64,000 nucleotides of DNA from positions 170,686,001-170,750,000 of the forward strand of contig OX597814.1 of assembly GCA_951406725.2 (NCBI GenBank), given 5' to 3'. Shown piece after piece: positions 36,196-49,136 of the stretch (position 1 is the first letter of the stretch; the number at the start of each line of letters is the position of its first letter). The DNA comes from Octopus vulgaris (lineage: Eukaryota). Both the position numbers and the translations under genes were made by a program. Below the pieces are notes generated by a model. The model ran no database searches and was not told the DNA's origin. It saw only the letters and a list, made by a program, of their open reading frames with translations.

Positions 36196-37212
36196 TTTAT
36201 TAGTGTTGTTATATTACTGAAGATTGGGCTTTCAGATTTGCCTGCATTAAATAGACAAGGGATAAATGATTCCTTGTAAAGATATTTCTTACATGCAGCA
36301 AAGAAAAATACATGATCCTTGAGCTGTTTGTTCATCCCGCAATGCCATTAAGACATAAATAACCACACAAATTGTAAAAAATAGCAGCCAAATCTCCCTC
36401 TGCTCACATTTACCAGCTTGAAAATGGAAAAGATACATCAAATATTGTAGTCTTTGATACACCTGAAAAAAAGAAAAAACAAAAAAAAAAAAGGCAGATG
36501 GTTGTGTCCAGAATGCTTTCTGAGCAAAAGCCAGCTTGCTCAGGGTTGGCTTGGAGGCTTGTAACAACAACTTTTCCACTGATATTCCTTCTAATTTGTA
36601 AAAGGAACTGTCCATTGCATATATACGTCTGGTCATACTACATTAACCTTTACTTCAAAATGAATAGGAGACTGCTAATAACAGGTAAAGGAAATGAAGA
36701 ATCAGGAACATACACACATATGGAGCATGTCTTTGGCAATTCTACCCAGTGCAGCAATGTTGCACAACCTTTTTTCAGAACAGGTTCATGTATCAAATAT
36801 AAATTTACCTTTAACTGCAAAATGCAATGCAAGCAGACATGATTATTTTAATTAGAGAAATTAACATATCATTTGTTTTAATAAGTTTGTAAAAGGAATA
36901 TGGATTTTATTACCAATTTTTAATGCCTACTTACTTTTCACCCACCCTGTATATATATATGTGTGTGTGCATCCCCACTAGACCATGTTATTATGTAATA
37001 CTGCATTACAGGTTCTTTCGAGAACTTGACATGTTAAAATGTACATTATTTACATTCGATGGATATTTGTCCTTATCTTGTTTGTTGTTAACACGTTTCA
37101 GCTGATATACCCTCCAGCCTTTTTCAGGTGTCTTGGGGAAATTTCGAACCTGGGTTCTCATTCCTAAGGTCTTTTTCGATATCATTATTATTATTATTAT
37201 TATTATTGTTTG

Positions 37213-37285
37213 GCTCACTGCTTGGAATCGAACTAGGAATCTTGGGGTTAGTAGCCCACGTTCTTAACCACTACGCCATATGCCC
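37213..37285 (-). promoter_or_regulatory. tRNA-derived internal Pol III promoter (A and B boxes) of the H5 monomer
   Basis: Reverse complement GGGCATATGGCGTAGTGGTTAAGAACGTGGGCTACTAACCCCAAGATTCCTAGTTCGATTCCAAGCAG: A box TGGCGTAGTGG, anticodon-like arm with CT-ACT-AA loop, B box GTTCGATTCC. Second copy at ~37643-37715. Confidence 0.75.
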
Positions 37286-37333
37286 GTGGGCATATAGTGT
37301 AGTGGTTAACCAATTCTAAGCAGTGATCTGAAC

Positions 37334-37364
<31 letters not shown>

Positions 37365-37828
37365 TGGAAAAATACATTAGGAATGAGAACACAGGTTCGA
37401 AATTTCCCCAAGACACCCAAAGAGGGCTGGAGGGTATATCAGCTGAAACGATGTGTTAACAACAAACAAGATGAGGACAAATATCCATCAAATGTAAATT
37501 TGTCCTCATCTTGTTTGTTGTTAACGTGTTTTGGCTGATATACCCTCCAGCCTTTTTCAGGTGTCTTGGGGAAATTTCAAACCTGGGTTCTCATTCCTAA
37601 GGTCTTTTTCGATATTATTATTATTATTATTGTTATTGTTCAGCTCACTGCTTGGAATCGAACTAGGAATCTTGGAGTTAGTAGCACACGTTCTTAACCA
37701 CTACGCCATATGCCCGTGGGCATATAGTGTAGTGGTTAACCGATTCTAAGCAGTGAGCTTATTATAATAATAATAATAACATCGAAAAATACCTTAGGAA
37801 TGAGAACCCAGGTTCGAAATTTCCCCAA

Positions 37829-37874
37829 GACACCTGAAGAAGGCTGGAGGGTATATCAGCCGAAACGTTGTGTT
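37829..37874 (+). ncRNA. Minimal type I hammerhead ribozyme with palindromic stem III
   Basis: GACAC CTGAAGA A GGCTG-GAGGGTATAT-CAGCC GAAA CG T T GTGTT. Stem III is the ACGU palindrome (dimer type). The other three monomers have core mutations. Confidence 0.75.
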
Positions 37875-38117
37875 AACAACAAGCAAGATGAGGACAAATA
37901 TCCATTGAATATAAATAATGTACATAATTCCTCATCTCTTCAATATAGAACTATGTTAAAATGTGTATGCTTATTCAGGTTAAATTTTTGTTTTTTGTTT
38001 CTGCACAACTTTCATAATTTTACAGATGCTTTTTAACTATAGAAATAACAGGTATAATTACTGAGTAATATATTATTAGGTGATATAAAAAAAAAACAAA
38101 TAATAATAATAATAATA

Positions 38118-39295
38118 ATAGTTTCAAATTTTACATCGGCCCCAGTGTTCAACTGGTACTTATTTTATCGACCCTGAAAAGATAAAAGGCGAAGTCAACC
38201 TTGGTGGAATTTGAACTCAGAATGCAGCGACAGGCGAAGTACCAATAAGCATTTTATCCAGTGTGCTAACAATTCTGCTAGCTCGCAGTCTTAATAATAA
38301 TCCTTTCTATTATAGGCACAAGGCCTGAAATTGTAAGGGAGGGAACTAGACTATTACATCAACCCCAGTATCTCACTGGTACTTCCTTGGCGGAAATTGA
38401 ACTCAGAATGTAGTGATGGGCAAAATACTGCTAAGCATTTTGTCCAGCAAGCTAACAATTCTGCTAGCTCACTGCCGTAATAATAATAATAATAATAATA
38501 ATAATCCTTTCTACTAAAGGCATAAGGCCTGAAATTTGGGAGTGGGAGATGGTCAATTACACTAACCCCAGTACTCAACTGGTACCTAATTTATCAACTC
38601 TGAAAAGATGAAAGGCAAATTGAACTCAGCAATGGAAACTGAACTTTGAATGAAGTGACAAGTGAAATTTTGTCCAGCATGCTAACTCTTCTGCTAACTT
38701 ACCACCATAAAAATGATAATAATTATGATAATAATAATAATCATAATAATAAATAAATGAAATAATCTTTCCCAATTTTAGATAATAGCAACACAATGAT
38801 TGGAGGTGTAAGGAGTGAGAGATTGAGATGCCAGACATGAAAAACAAGAATTTTAAATAATTCTTTCTAATTTTGACGAGAAAGGGCAAGTTGATTACAT
38901 CACCTCCTGTACATGACTTTTACTTATCTTTATTGATCCTGAAAGGTCAAGATGAACTCAGTGGAATTTGAACTTAGAACCTAATGGGTTGGAAGAAATA
39001 CTGCAAAGTACTTTTTTCTGATATTCTAAGAATTCTGCCAGCTTGCTGCTTTGATAACAGTTATAATCCCTCTCTACTAATAGGTACAAGGACTGGAAAT
39101 TTTGAGGTGGGGGAGAGGGGATTAGTTAATTACATCATCCCAGTGATTAGCTTATAATTATTTTATCAACCTTGAAAGGATGAAAGGTAAGGTAAAGTCG
39201 ACCTCGGTTGAATCTGAACACAAAATGTAAAGGCAAACCAAAATTGGTGCTAAGCATTTTGTCCATCATGCTAATGATTCTGCCAGCTTGACATC
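38118..39295 (-). mobile_element. Tandem cluster of ~5 family E SINEs separated by (AAT)n
   Basis: Repeated GAAAAGATGAAAGGC..GGAATTTGAACTCAGAA..TAAGCATTTTGTCCAG..CTAACAATTCTGCTAGCTC units in one orientation. Confidence 0.8.
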
Positions 39296-40452
39296 TTCAT
39301 AATAATGGCAACAACAATAGCAGCAGTAGTAGTAGTAGTAGTAATAAATTTTAAAAATAAAAAAAAAAAATTGAAGAATTCCTGATTTCTTTATCCCAAT
39401 GTAGTTTTCATAATCAGCAACAACAATAAACAAAAAAAAAACAACAACACTGCAAATAAAAGATATTAGTTTTGTATTCGATTTTTAGTTGGTACTATTC
39501 TTACAAAAAAAGACCATGTGTGTGTGTGTATGCATGTATATATATGTATATATACATATATATATGTATGTATATATATGCATGTATATATATATGTATG
39601 TATATATACACACATGTACTTATATACACATACACACACATGCAAGTGCGGAAACCCTTGTAATGTTCAGTCCTGCCCACATTCAAAGTACAATTTAAAT
39701 ACTCCTCATTTAAACAGCACCACAAGACTAAATGCATATAGTCATTTTTTTGTAATGTACTCCAGTAGTTTTAAACTGTGCAGTAAAGTTCCAAAAATAG
39801 TTGCCTCTCCATCTTTCAAGGGGCAGTTTTGTCTCTTTAATCATATATTTTTAAAGGTTGCAGAAAGTGTTCTATGGTTGGTAGATGCGTATCTTAAATG
39901 ACAACTCCTTGTAGAATATATTTGTTGTTGTTGTTGGGGTAATATGTAGTTAGTTTGGGTTGCTTTGAGAATGAGTGGAGGGTTTTCTTCTGAAATGTGA
40001 GGAGGTTTAAAAGAATGTTAAGTGATTCAGTGATAAATTAGAATGAGCAATGTCTTAATTGGTTTATTGGTAGACTTGTAGCACGGGAGACTGTGAAATT
40101 GAGGGAATGATGATCATGATAATAGTTTAATGAAAATGTTGGTAATGGAATTTTGCACTCACTCACATGCAAAGATGTGGATATTTGTGTGTGTGTGTGT
40201 ATGTGTGTGAGAGTGTGTGTGTATGAGAGTGTGAGTATATATACATACATACACTATGCATATCTATGTATATATATGTATGCACATATACTAAGTAAAT
40301 ATATATTTATATATTTAATATACGAGTATTTGTGTATGAATATATATAGATGTATGCATATGTTTATGTGTGTATGTATGTGCAAGTGTGTATACATAAC
40401 ATTTGTGCATATATATGTACATTTATGAATATATAAAACGTGTATATGTATG

Positions 40453-40484
<32 letters not shown>

Positions 40485-40502
40485 CACACACGTGTCTGTA
40501 AA

Positions 40503-40538
<36 letters not shown>

Positions 40539-40574
40539 CACACATATACGTAAATATAAAGTACATATGTATGA

Positions 40575-40610
<36 letters not shown>

Positions 40611-41126
40611 GTGCACATACACCTGCATATATAATTTACATATATAATACACCTATATGCACATATTATATTACTACATATATGTACGCATAAATATATG
40701 TAGGAAATACACATACACACTCACACACACAGTACATAATATAGGTCATGTATATATCTGTTGGTGAGGAGAATGGAAATCAGTAAAAGACTCGTGGATG
40801 TGTTGACTAACAATGAAGATCTTGCTACTGTAAAGGAGTTCAACAAGAATTTGAGGGAAGAATAAAATGGGAATGACATTCTGCAAGTCAATATTCTTTT
40901 TTTCTTTTATTTTTTGTCCAGTTCTGTTTTATTTAATTTTTTTTATTCTCTTTTTTTCTTTCTTTTTCCATTTAAGAAATGTTTCTTAATAATTACCAAT
41001 ACCCCTCCCCTTTTCCCTAAGAGTTAATGTATGTATATATAAATATGTATTTATTATATATATATATACATACACATACATACAAACACACATACAGACA
41101 TACCCACACTCACACACACATCAATT

Positions 41127-41351
41127 TTATATTTTAGCTCGTTTCATCGGAGCTTCGTCAGTAGGAGTGTCGTAGCCATCACTTTCGTCCTCGTCTTCTT
41201 CGTCAAGTTGACGCATGAATGCAATGGAAGGATGATGCCCTGGTCCAGCCCATCCATCAGGGCTTTCTCCGTGTTTTCTAGTGTGACCATCTGTGTCCAG
41301 AGGAGAGCCAGATTGGCTGGTTCGGCCACCTCCAAGGGATTGGGGAGGTAC
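41127..41351 (-). CDS. Terminal coding exon of an unidentified, probably nuclear protein (acidic tract and KRAK-type NLS)
   Basis: Acceptor CTCTTTTCATTGTAG|G at 41352/41351; ~50% GC island in AT-rich DNA. Phase 0 reads VPPQSLGGGRTSQSGSPLDTDGHTRKHGESPDGWAGPGHHPSIAFMRQLDEEDEDESDGYDTPTDEAPMKRAKI* (TAA 41129-41127). No upstream exon recognised in 41352-64000. Confidence 0.75.
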   Translation of the reverse strand, partial: VPPQSLGGGRTSQSGSPLDTDGHTRKHGESPDGWAGPGHHPSIAFMRQLDEEDEDESDGYDTPTDEAPMKRAKI

Positions 41352-43704
41352 CTACAATGAAAAGAGTGATGTGATATTTTACTCAGTCACGCTAACAGCC
41401 ATCTGGGGGCTTTCTGAAATGTTTTTGTTTTTTTATTTTAATTTTTTTTAATTGTTATTTTGACAGCCGAAAAAATATATAAAGGAATAAAAAAGTAAAA
41501 AAAAAAAACCAACTAAAGTGAAGGTCTTTTTATCTTCGTTTCTGTAATCAAATACAGTAATTAAAAATTTTGTATGACCACCTGAATGAAATTCTCTTTA
41601 CGGAAATAGTTTAAGCTGAAATCAGTGATTGTATTAAATTTGCTACTAGAACTGAACAATCTAGTGTTTGGATTAAAAAAAAAATGAAAGTGAACGAAAA
41701 GAGAAAATTGTATTTAAATTGTAGCTAAAAGTTAAGAATCTAAGATACTGCAGGGTAGAAAAAGTAAAAAAGTACATAGATGTTTTTTATATATTATGTA
41801 TGTGTGTGCTTTGTATATAATATATATATATATATATACATACATGTATGTATATACACATGCACATACTTATGTCAATAATATAAATATATATTATATA
41901 AATGATATATTGTATGTGTGTATATACATATATCAGATAATTTCTCATGAGACTATCTGTTTATCTATCTATATCCAATATACAAACATACATACATATG
42001 TATGTATATGATATCCAGGTCAGCTTAATTTACTTAATAAAAAGAAACCTTAAAGTAAGACTTGCCAGCTGAAAGACCTTAGTTTTTAGATTATTTAATA
42101 GTTGTATGTATGCATGATTCTAAGCAGGGTTGGAGGGGCAAGCAGGGATGGAACTTAAGGTTTAGGTTTGCTACTCATCTAACTTGATAAATAAAGGGGT
42201 TTCTGTCAGTGGTATTGGCTTGTTTCTTATCTTTTTATTTAAATTTTTTTTTTTACTTTCTTTCACCTCTACATGACCTGGGTTGTTATATCACATCACT
42301 TTTTTCACAAGATCATACCCCAATCCCTTTCTGGCAGCATGACACTCAACTACAACCAATATAAAAAAGGTAAAATATCATAGGACTCCTTTCTTTACTG
42401 GCTCTCAAATGCACTGGGTTTTTGTCACCAGACTCATTAAGTTTCCTTCTTTCCTTCCTCTGGGAGATATAAAGCTACAAGTTATCTTTGATAGCAAATT
42501 TCTTTATATACATCACACACACAGACATTTAATCACAAATATATACACACATACAAATAAACATACACATTCACGCATATACAATATATATATATATATA
42601 TATATATATTCATATGATACTTTGTTTGCTCTGTCTCACTTTTTCTTTTACAATCCTTGATTTTCTTTCTGACTTTCTTTTTCTCCTTCTTTAGAGATAT
42701 CTCCATGGAAAAGCAATTTAATGAGGAAATCAAAAGAAAAGAAGAGAGAAAGAAAAACAATTCATGTTTTAGAAAAGACATTTCAGCCCCCAAACAAAAA
42801 CAAAAAACATTTGACTCCCCTCCCCTCGCCACAAAAAAAAAACAAAACAACAAATAACAAATTGTCCATTAATCAGTCATTGACATTTCTCTTCAACAAA
42901 CAAGGTTAAAGAAGAAACAAACAAATAATAAAAGTAATAACATATAACAAGCTTCAGGGTAGTAGTACACCACGTATGAAGATTTAGAGAGAGAAATCCG
43001 CCTAGCTAGCAATTGGTACCAACAAGATATTGTCAATGTATGGCTGAAATAATTAACTGATTACAAGCAATACTAGAATTGTGTTGCATTTGCCTGCATA
43101 TGCTAGTATTTTTAAAGACAGAGGATAGAAGACAAAAATAAAGAGAAGAAAAAAAATATGAAGTGCTTAAATGCAAGTAATGTTCTTTCTCATTGGAGAT
43201 TGCTTCTAGCAATAGTCATTTAGCTTCAGGGATACTGTCGTATGAGAGAAGTCTATGGGATTGCAAAAAAAAAGGAATACATATACATGTGAATGTGTGT
43301 TTGTGAATGTGTGTTTATGAAAGTATGTGGATTGTATGTAGAAAAACAAACACATGCACTCTTTACCAATGTATGTTAAGACTGCATATCTAGTGATGAA
43401 CAGGAATTGTGTGGTGTGGTGGAGTTGGATTAAAGGAAGGTGAAGCCAGTATAGTGGTAATAGTAGTAGTAGTAGTAGACTAATTTTGATTTAAAGACTT
43501 GACAGGTAAAAAAAAAAATCCTAGGTGGCAACAGGTGCTGAGTGAGGCTGTTGTTAAAAAGGGACTTGTGGGAGAGGGGACAGGACAAGAACATGATGGT
43601 GGCCTGGTGGGGTGAACACCGTTAGAGGAAGTGTTGGATGATGGGTAGAAGGCAAGGAATAGCATTGAAGGATAGACAGTGTGTGTGTGTGTGTGTATGT
43701 TAAG

Positions 43705-43870
43705 TAGGTGTAACCCTTGCTGTGTGGTTAAATAGTTCACTTCCCAACCATGCAGTTTTGGGTTCATGCCCACAGCATGGAACCTTGGGTAAGTCTCTTC
43801 TACTAAAGGCTTAGGATGACTAAAGCCTTGTGAATGGATCTGGTAGACGGAAACTAAAAGAAGCCTTCAT
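43705..43870 (+). mobile_element. Family D SINE head, degraded
   Basis: GCTGTGTGGTTAAATAG..CCCAACCATG..GGGTTCATGCCCAC..CCTTGGGTAAGTCTCTTCTACTA..GGTAGACGGAAACTAAAAGAAGCC. Confidence 0.7.
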
Positions 43871-45637
43871 ATACTATATGTATAGCTATAAATGTATCCA
43901 TGTGTATATGTGATTGTGGGTAGAAGTTAGAGAGCATCTTGGTGTCTTTTGCCACATGTTGCCTTAGTATACATTCCATCCCCATCCTGGCTTGCCACCA
44001 AGGAGAGTAACCAAGTAGCTATAAGATCAGTGGGTAAGCACATAATGATGAGTATCTTTCCAGGTGCTGATCACATCTGAAAGAAATTCTAAAGTGTAAC
44101 AAAAAGGACAAACTCAAGTCAAATGAAACTATGTATGTGTATTCATGTATATATGTATCATGAAAGCAATGAACCTAAAAAGAAAGAAGACAATGTAGGA
44201 GGGACAAGGTTTAACAAATGCTGTATTAGTTTAATGCTTAAAAAGAAGAAAGTGTTTCTGCAAGAATGAAGTCCTAAAAGAATATCATTTTGTCCACAAA
44301 TCCGTCCCTACCAAGCCCACCCCACAATTATTCTTCCAAACAACCATTCCTCCATTATTCCTTTAACAACAGTACTATTTCCTCTGCTCTACTGTAATTA
44401 TACAAGAGCAGACATGTACACATTTCATCATCCACTTTTGTGCTAGACAGTTTCCCCACCCATCTTAGAGCCACCACACCTCATCAAAATCATCCCATAC
44501 CATTTTATTTTCCAATGATACTGGCCATGGATGCTCACTACTTGTTTGTCACTCACTCTCCATGATCACCCTATATAGCTCTGATCTTCACCCCTGTCAC
44601 TGTACAAGCCTCCTTCCCACACACATTTAACACCATCTCCCTATTTCTTGACAATGCTGCAATGCACCCCAACGTTCTTGTACTCCTACTTATTTTCTGA
44701 CCCTCCCCTATTTTGTTTGCTTTTCCCCCAATCTGAGATTATCTATTAATAATGTCCTCTGTTTAGCTATTTACTGAATTCACCTATATCCCCATCTCTA
44801 ACCATCTATTGCTCTCCTCATACCCCTGGGAGCATACCTAACCACAACTCCAGTTCTTCTGTCCCAATATTCTTATACCTTGAGGTTATGTCTGTCATTC
44901 CAGCATGAACCACTTTTGCTATCACTTTCAAAACTGCAACAGCCATGTATGTTCTCTTCAGCAAGACACCTGTTCATATACCTCTATCATAATCTTACCT
45001 CTCAACATTAGGCCTAAAGTCACCCCTTTCTATACTAAACATCCAATTAGTCAAAGCGTCTTGTATTGCGAGTTAGTTGTCAATGACACTGGTGCCAGTG
45101 GTACAAGAGAATACCTAGTACATGCTGTAAAGTGGTTGGCATTAAAAGGGTATACAGCAGCAAAAACCATGCCAAAATAGACGCTGAAGTTCAGTGCAGT
45201 CCTCTGAACTGCCGAAACTTGTCACACCATCCAATCCATGTCAGCATGGAGGAAAGACGTAAAATGATGAGGATATAAACAGAGAGATATATATACACAT
45301 AGATAGGGTTGTAATCCAAGCTCTCTCCTTTTTTCTTTATATTACTACTTTCTTTTCTTCTTTACCCCCCCCCCCCCCTCTATCCATCTATAGGACTCAT
45401 GATAACTGACTATAGCAAATGAAACATGTATTGGTAAATAAATACCAAACATTTTTTCCAATCTCCTGCTCTGATATCTGTATACATATCATATATACAT
45501 GCACACACACACACACACACAGATATAAGTATGGATAAGGATACACACACACACACAGATATAAGTATGGATAAGGATACACACACACATACATATATAT
45601 AGATAGCAAGTATATAAATAGATGTGTGTGTGTGTGA

Positions 45638-45676
<39 letters not shown>

Positions 45677-45711
45677 CAAAGCAAGTATATAAATAGATGT
45701 GTGTGTGTGTG

Positions 45712-45749
<38 letters not shown>

Positions 45750-45794
45750 CAAAAACACACATTTACATTTATAAATATATGTATCCAATAAAGA

Positions 45795-46560
45795 ATCCTG
45801 GTGATGCTGTAAGACTTGATGCAATCTACAAGTGGGCTGCAAAAAACAACATGCAATTTGCAATTCATCCCTGGAAAATTCTAACTTCTTTATCATCAGT
45901 CTGCTAACACTCCACAGTGAGGATCACTCTTGACCTGAAGTGATTCCAATTCCAGATTTGCAATCACTACATGACCTGGTGATTAAAGACACATCTTTTC
46001 ATGTACACATTACTAAGACTGCAACATTTTGCTGAAAGATGGTGAAACAGAAATGGAGATTGTCCAGTAAGCGAGAGAGCAGGAAATCTTGCTGGTTTTG
46101 TAGAAAACATTTGTCCTCAGACACCTAGACTACTACTCACAACTATGCTCACCAATCAGTACTAAACTAACAGCTGGTATGTTGAAACAATGCTATGAAA
46201 TTTTATGAAGATTGCCTCAATGTACCAGCTAAGCAACTGGGGAAAGACTGAAAGCTTTAAAACTCTACTCCTTGGAGAGAAATCAGGAAAGATATTCAGT
46301 GGTCTAAACATGTATGATCCTAGAAGAGCCCATGCCAATCTCTGAAGAAGTCTTCACTGTATAGACCCAAAGGTCAATGCAAAAATCAGTAATACTAAGT
46401 TAATGAGACCGTGCTAAAGAAGCTGAGATGTGTACATGGAGTAGATGAAGATGTATTCAAAAAGGACCTAGATAATGCTTTATCTCCCATTCCAAATAAA
46501 TCAATATTATACCAAATATTGCAACTGAAGGCTACAACATTAAACTCCTTAGTGCTCCAG
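45795..46560 (+). mobile_element. CR1-like LINE RT/C-terminal fragment (heavily degraded)
   Basis: Patches translate as LDAIYKWAAKNNMQF, KTFVLRHLDYYSQLCSP and ERLKALKLYSLERNQERY, typical of CR1-group ORF2. Confidence 0.75.
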
Positions 46561-48756
46561 CATTGCCACAGCCTTTGAGTTGAAGCTCATAAAAGAGTAT
46601 ATAATGCCTCAGCATTGAATAAATGAACGATACATTTATCATTTATTCAAAGCTAGGCAGAGTAACAGAGAGAAGCTTCTGCTTCAAAACAAGTATATTA
46701 ATTCTAGCATATGTTTCTTCCACTTGTATATCTAATAATATATATATATCTTCTAATCCTGAAAAGAAAACAGTGGATAAAGTAAAAAAAAAAAATTAAT
46801 TTGTATCAAAAAACAAACTAGTGAAAAGAAAAAAAAAATATTTTTAATGATCACTGATATGAAAAATTTTCCTTTCAATATGACAACAAAACAGATTTTA
46901 TATAAGACCATCATCATCATCATTGTCATCATCATCAAGACTGAAATTACCATAATTATCAAAATGTTAAATAATAGCAAATTGACGGATCATTGTTGAG
47001 CTGTAAGAGTAGAAATTACTGCCAGTAATTTCTATTTCAAAAATGGGAAGGTAGCCTCTTTTCCTTTTATTCTAAATGAAATAAACAAGAGAGAAAGAGG
47101 AGAGAGAGAGAGAAAGAAAGAGAGAGAGACACACACACACACACACACACACAAACAAACAGACAGAGAGTATGTATAGAGGTGTCTAGTATGGTATATT
47201 GTGAAAATGAATGCATGGAAATGACACGCCGCTATGTATAAAGGTATCTAATTGTGATTCTGTTCTGACCCAGCCATTATGGAATTCTTTAAACCTTTTG
47301 ATACCAAACCCACCTGAGACTGCCCTTGGATTTATGATACAAAATTGCACTTTTCAAGTGAACTAAATTATAACTTTCCACCAAAATTTCATGTTAATTC
47401 ATGTTTTAATCAGCTTAGCCATGACAAAATTACTTTATAAAATTTTGCATTATTTTCAAAATTAATTAAAACAAAAGTAGTCTACTTCAACAGGAAAACA
47501 GTAATGAATGAATGAGTTGTCTTCATGGCATTTTTGCTTTTGTTCTTGAGCCAAAGGAAGAAAAAGATTTTGCGTAAGCTACATACAATATAATTAACAA
47601 CTGTCTGCATGATGGCTGGTTTTGTTGTTCATTGCCAGGTTGACCCCATATTCAATGAAATTTTTTTTATACATGTTAAGAAGATCCTAATATTTGTAGT
47701 CTTAGCTAATGATGTATAGTGCCATTTCACCCTTATTAGAAATCGTCAGTATGACATAACTCAAGGTAAATAAATTGAACATTTTATGAACTGTGATATT
47801 TCTTATCGATGAGAAACAATTACAGTCTGGAGGACATTTTTGGAATGTGTTGTTTTTCATATTTTTGTCTTTATTTTACTGATAAATCAGAAAAACATGG
47901 CTATATTTGTCGCTACCTGATGCAACATTTCAATGAGAGATGGTTGGTAAAAAAAAAAAAAAAAAAAAAAATCAAACACGATTTACAATGTGTTATGCAC
48001 TACATTATTAGCTGAAATTTGATATTTCTATGACTTCTATGTATCAACCAGTTGCAGAACTTCAAGAGAGAAAGATATTTTTTTAATGAATATTTACAAA
48101 TGTTAGTTTTTCTTATTTAGCTGTAATTATAAATGTAATAATATTGAATATGTCTTAATGAAACATTGGCAGTGTACAAAATGATTTGAAAGAGATTATT
48201 TGTATGCAATAAAGATATATGTACTGAGGTATAAGTGTATGTTATACATATGAGATTGTAATCATATGTAATTAAGTTCAGGTATCATCACATATATATT
48301 TATACACATGTATCACTACATACATCAACACATACCATGAACACACACACAAACAAGCAAACACACACACTGCTCATTTCACCACATTACACACACATTT
48401 TACTGGTATCAGTCTCTGCAATGCAGTTATTATGGGGCATTGATTTAATTGATCATATCAATCTCAATCATTTTTTTCTTATTGTATTGTTATCCATTTA
48501 TCAAACAGATATCATTAGTGATATCAAAAGATATCAAACAGTGAGGGCACGTGGCTTAATGGTTAGGCTGTTGCACCCATGATCATGACAGCATGGTTTC
48601 AATTTCTGGGCTGGGTCGTGCACGGTGTTCTTGAGCAAAACACCTCATATCATTTTGCCCCGTGATCATTGACACCTGATGTGTTACACACCATGCACTT
48701 GTATAGGCAATGTCAATTTGATGGAGGGAGCAAGCTAATGTACAGCACAAATGTCG

Positions 48757-49136
48757 TTACTCTTTTACTTGTTTCAGTCATTTGACTGTGGCCATGCTGG
48801 AGCACCGCCTTTAGTCGAGCAAATCGACCCCAGGACTTATTCTTTATAAGCCTAGTACTTATTCTATTGGTCTCTTTTTGCCGAATCACTAGGTTACGGG
48901 GACGTAAACACACCAGCATTGGTTGTTAAGCGGTGTTGAGGGGACAAACACAGACACATACATACCTACGACGAGCTTCTTTCAGTTTCCGTCTACCAAA
49001 TCCACTCACAAGGCTTTGGTTGGCCCGAGGCTATCATAGAAAGAAGAGACTTGCCCAAGGTGCCAGGCAGTGGGATTGAACCCAGAACCATGTGGTTGGT
49101 AAGCAAGCTACTTACCACACAGCCACTCCTATGCCT
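48757..49136 (-). mobile_element. tRNA-derived SINE (family D), full length; family C-like head at 48541-48750 (+)
   Basis: Complete match to family D. Confidence 0.9.

Larger units (their letters stand above)
37043..37952. mobile_element. Double-palindromic tRNA-headed hammerhead element (family H5) inside a 12-bp TSD
   Basis: ATGTTAAAATGT at 37031-37042 and 37953-37964. Four ~210-250-bp monomers (-,+,-,+) with head-to-head centres ATATGCCC-GT-GGGCATAT at 37286 and 37716 (period 430 bp). Confidence 0.85.

Noticed and set aside
41127-41351. Assigning a gene name (e.g. RFX or TRIM33/bonus-like acidic KR tails)
   Set aside because: The similarity is only compositional and no diagnostic domain lies in the window.
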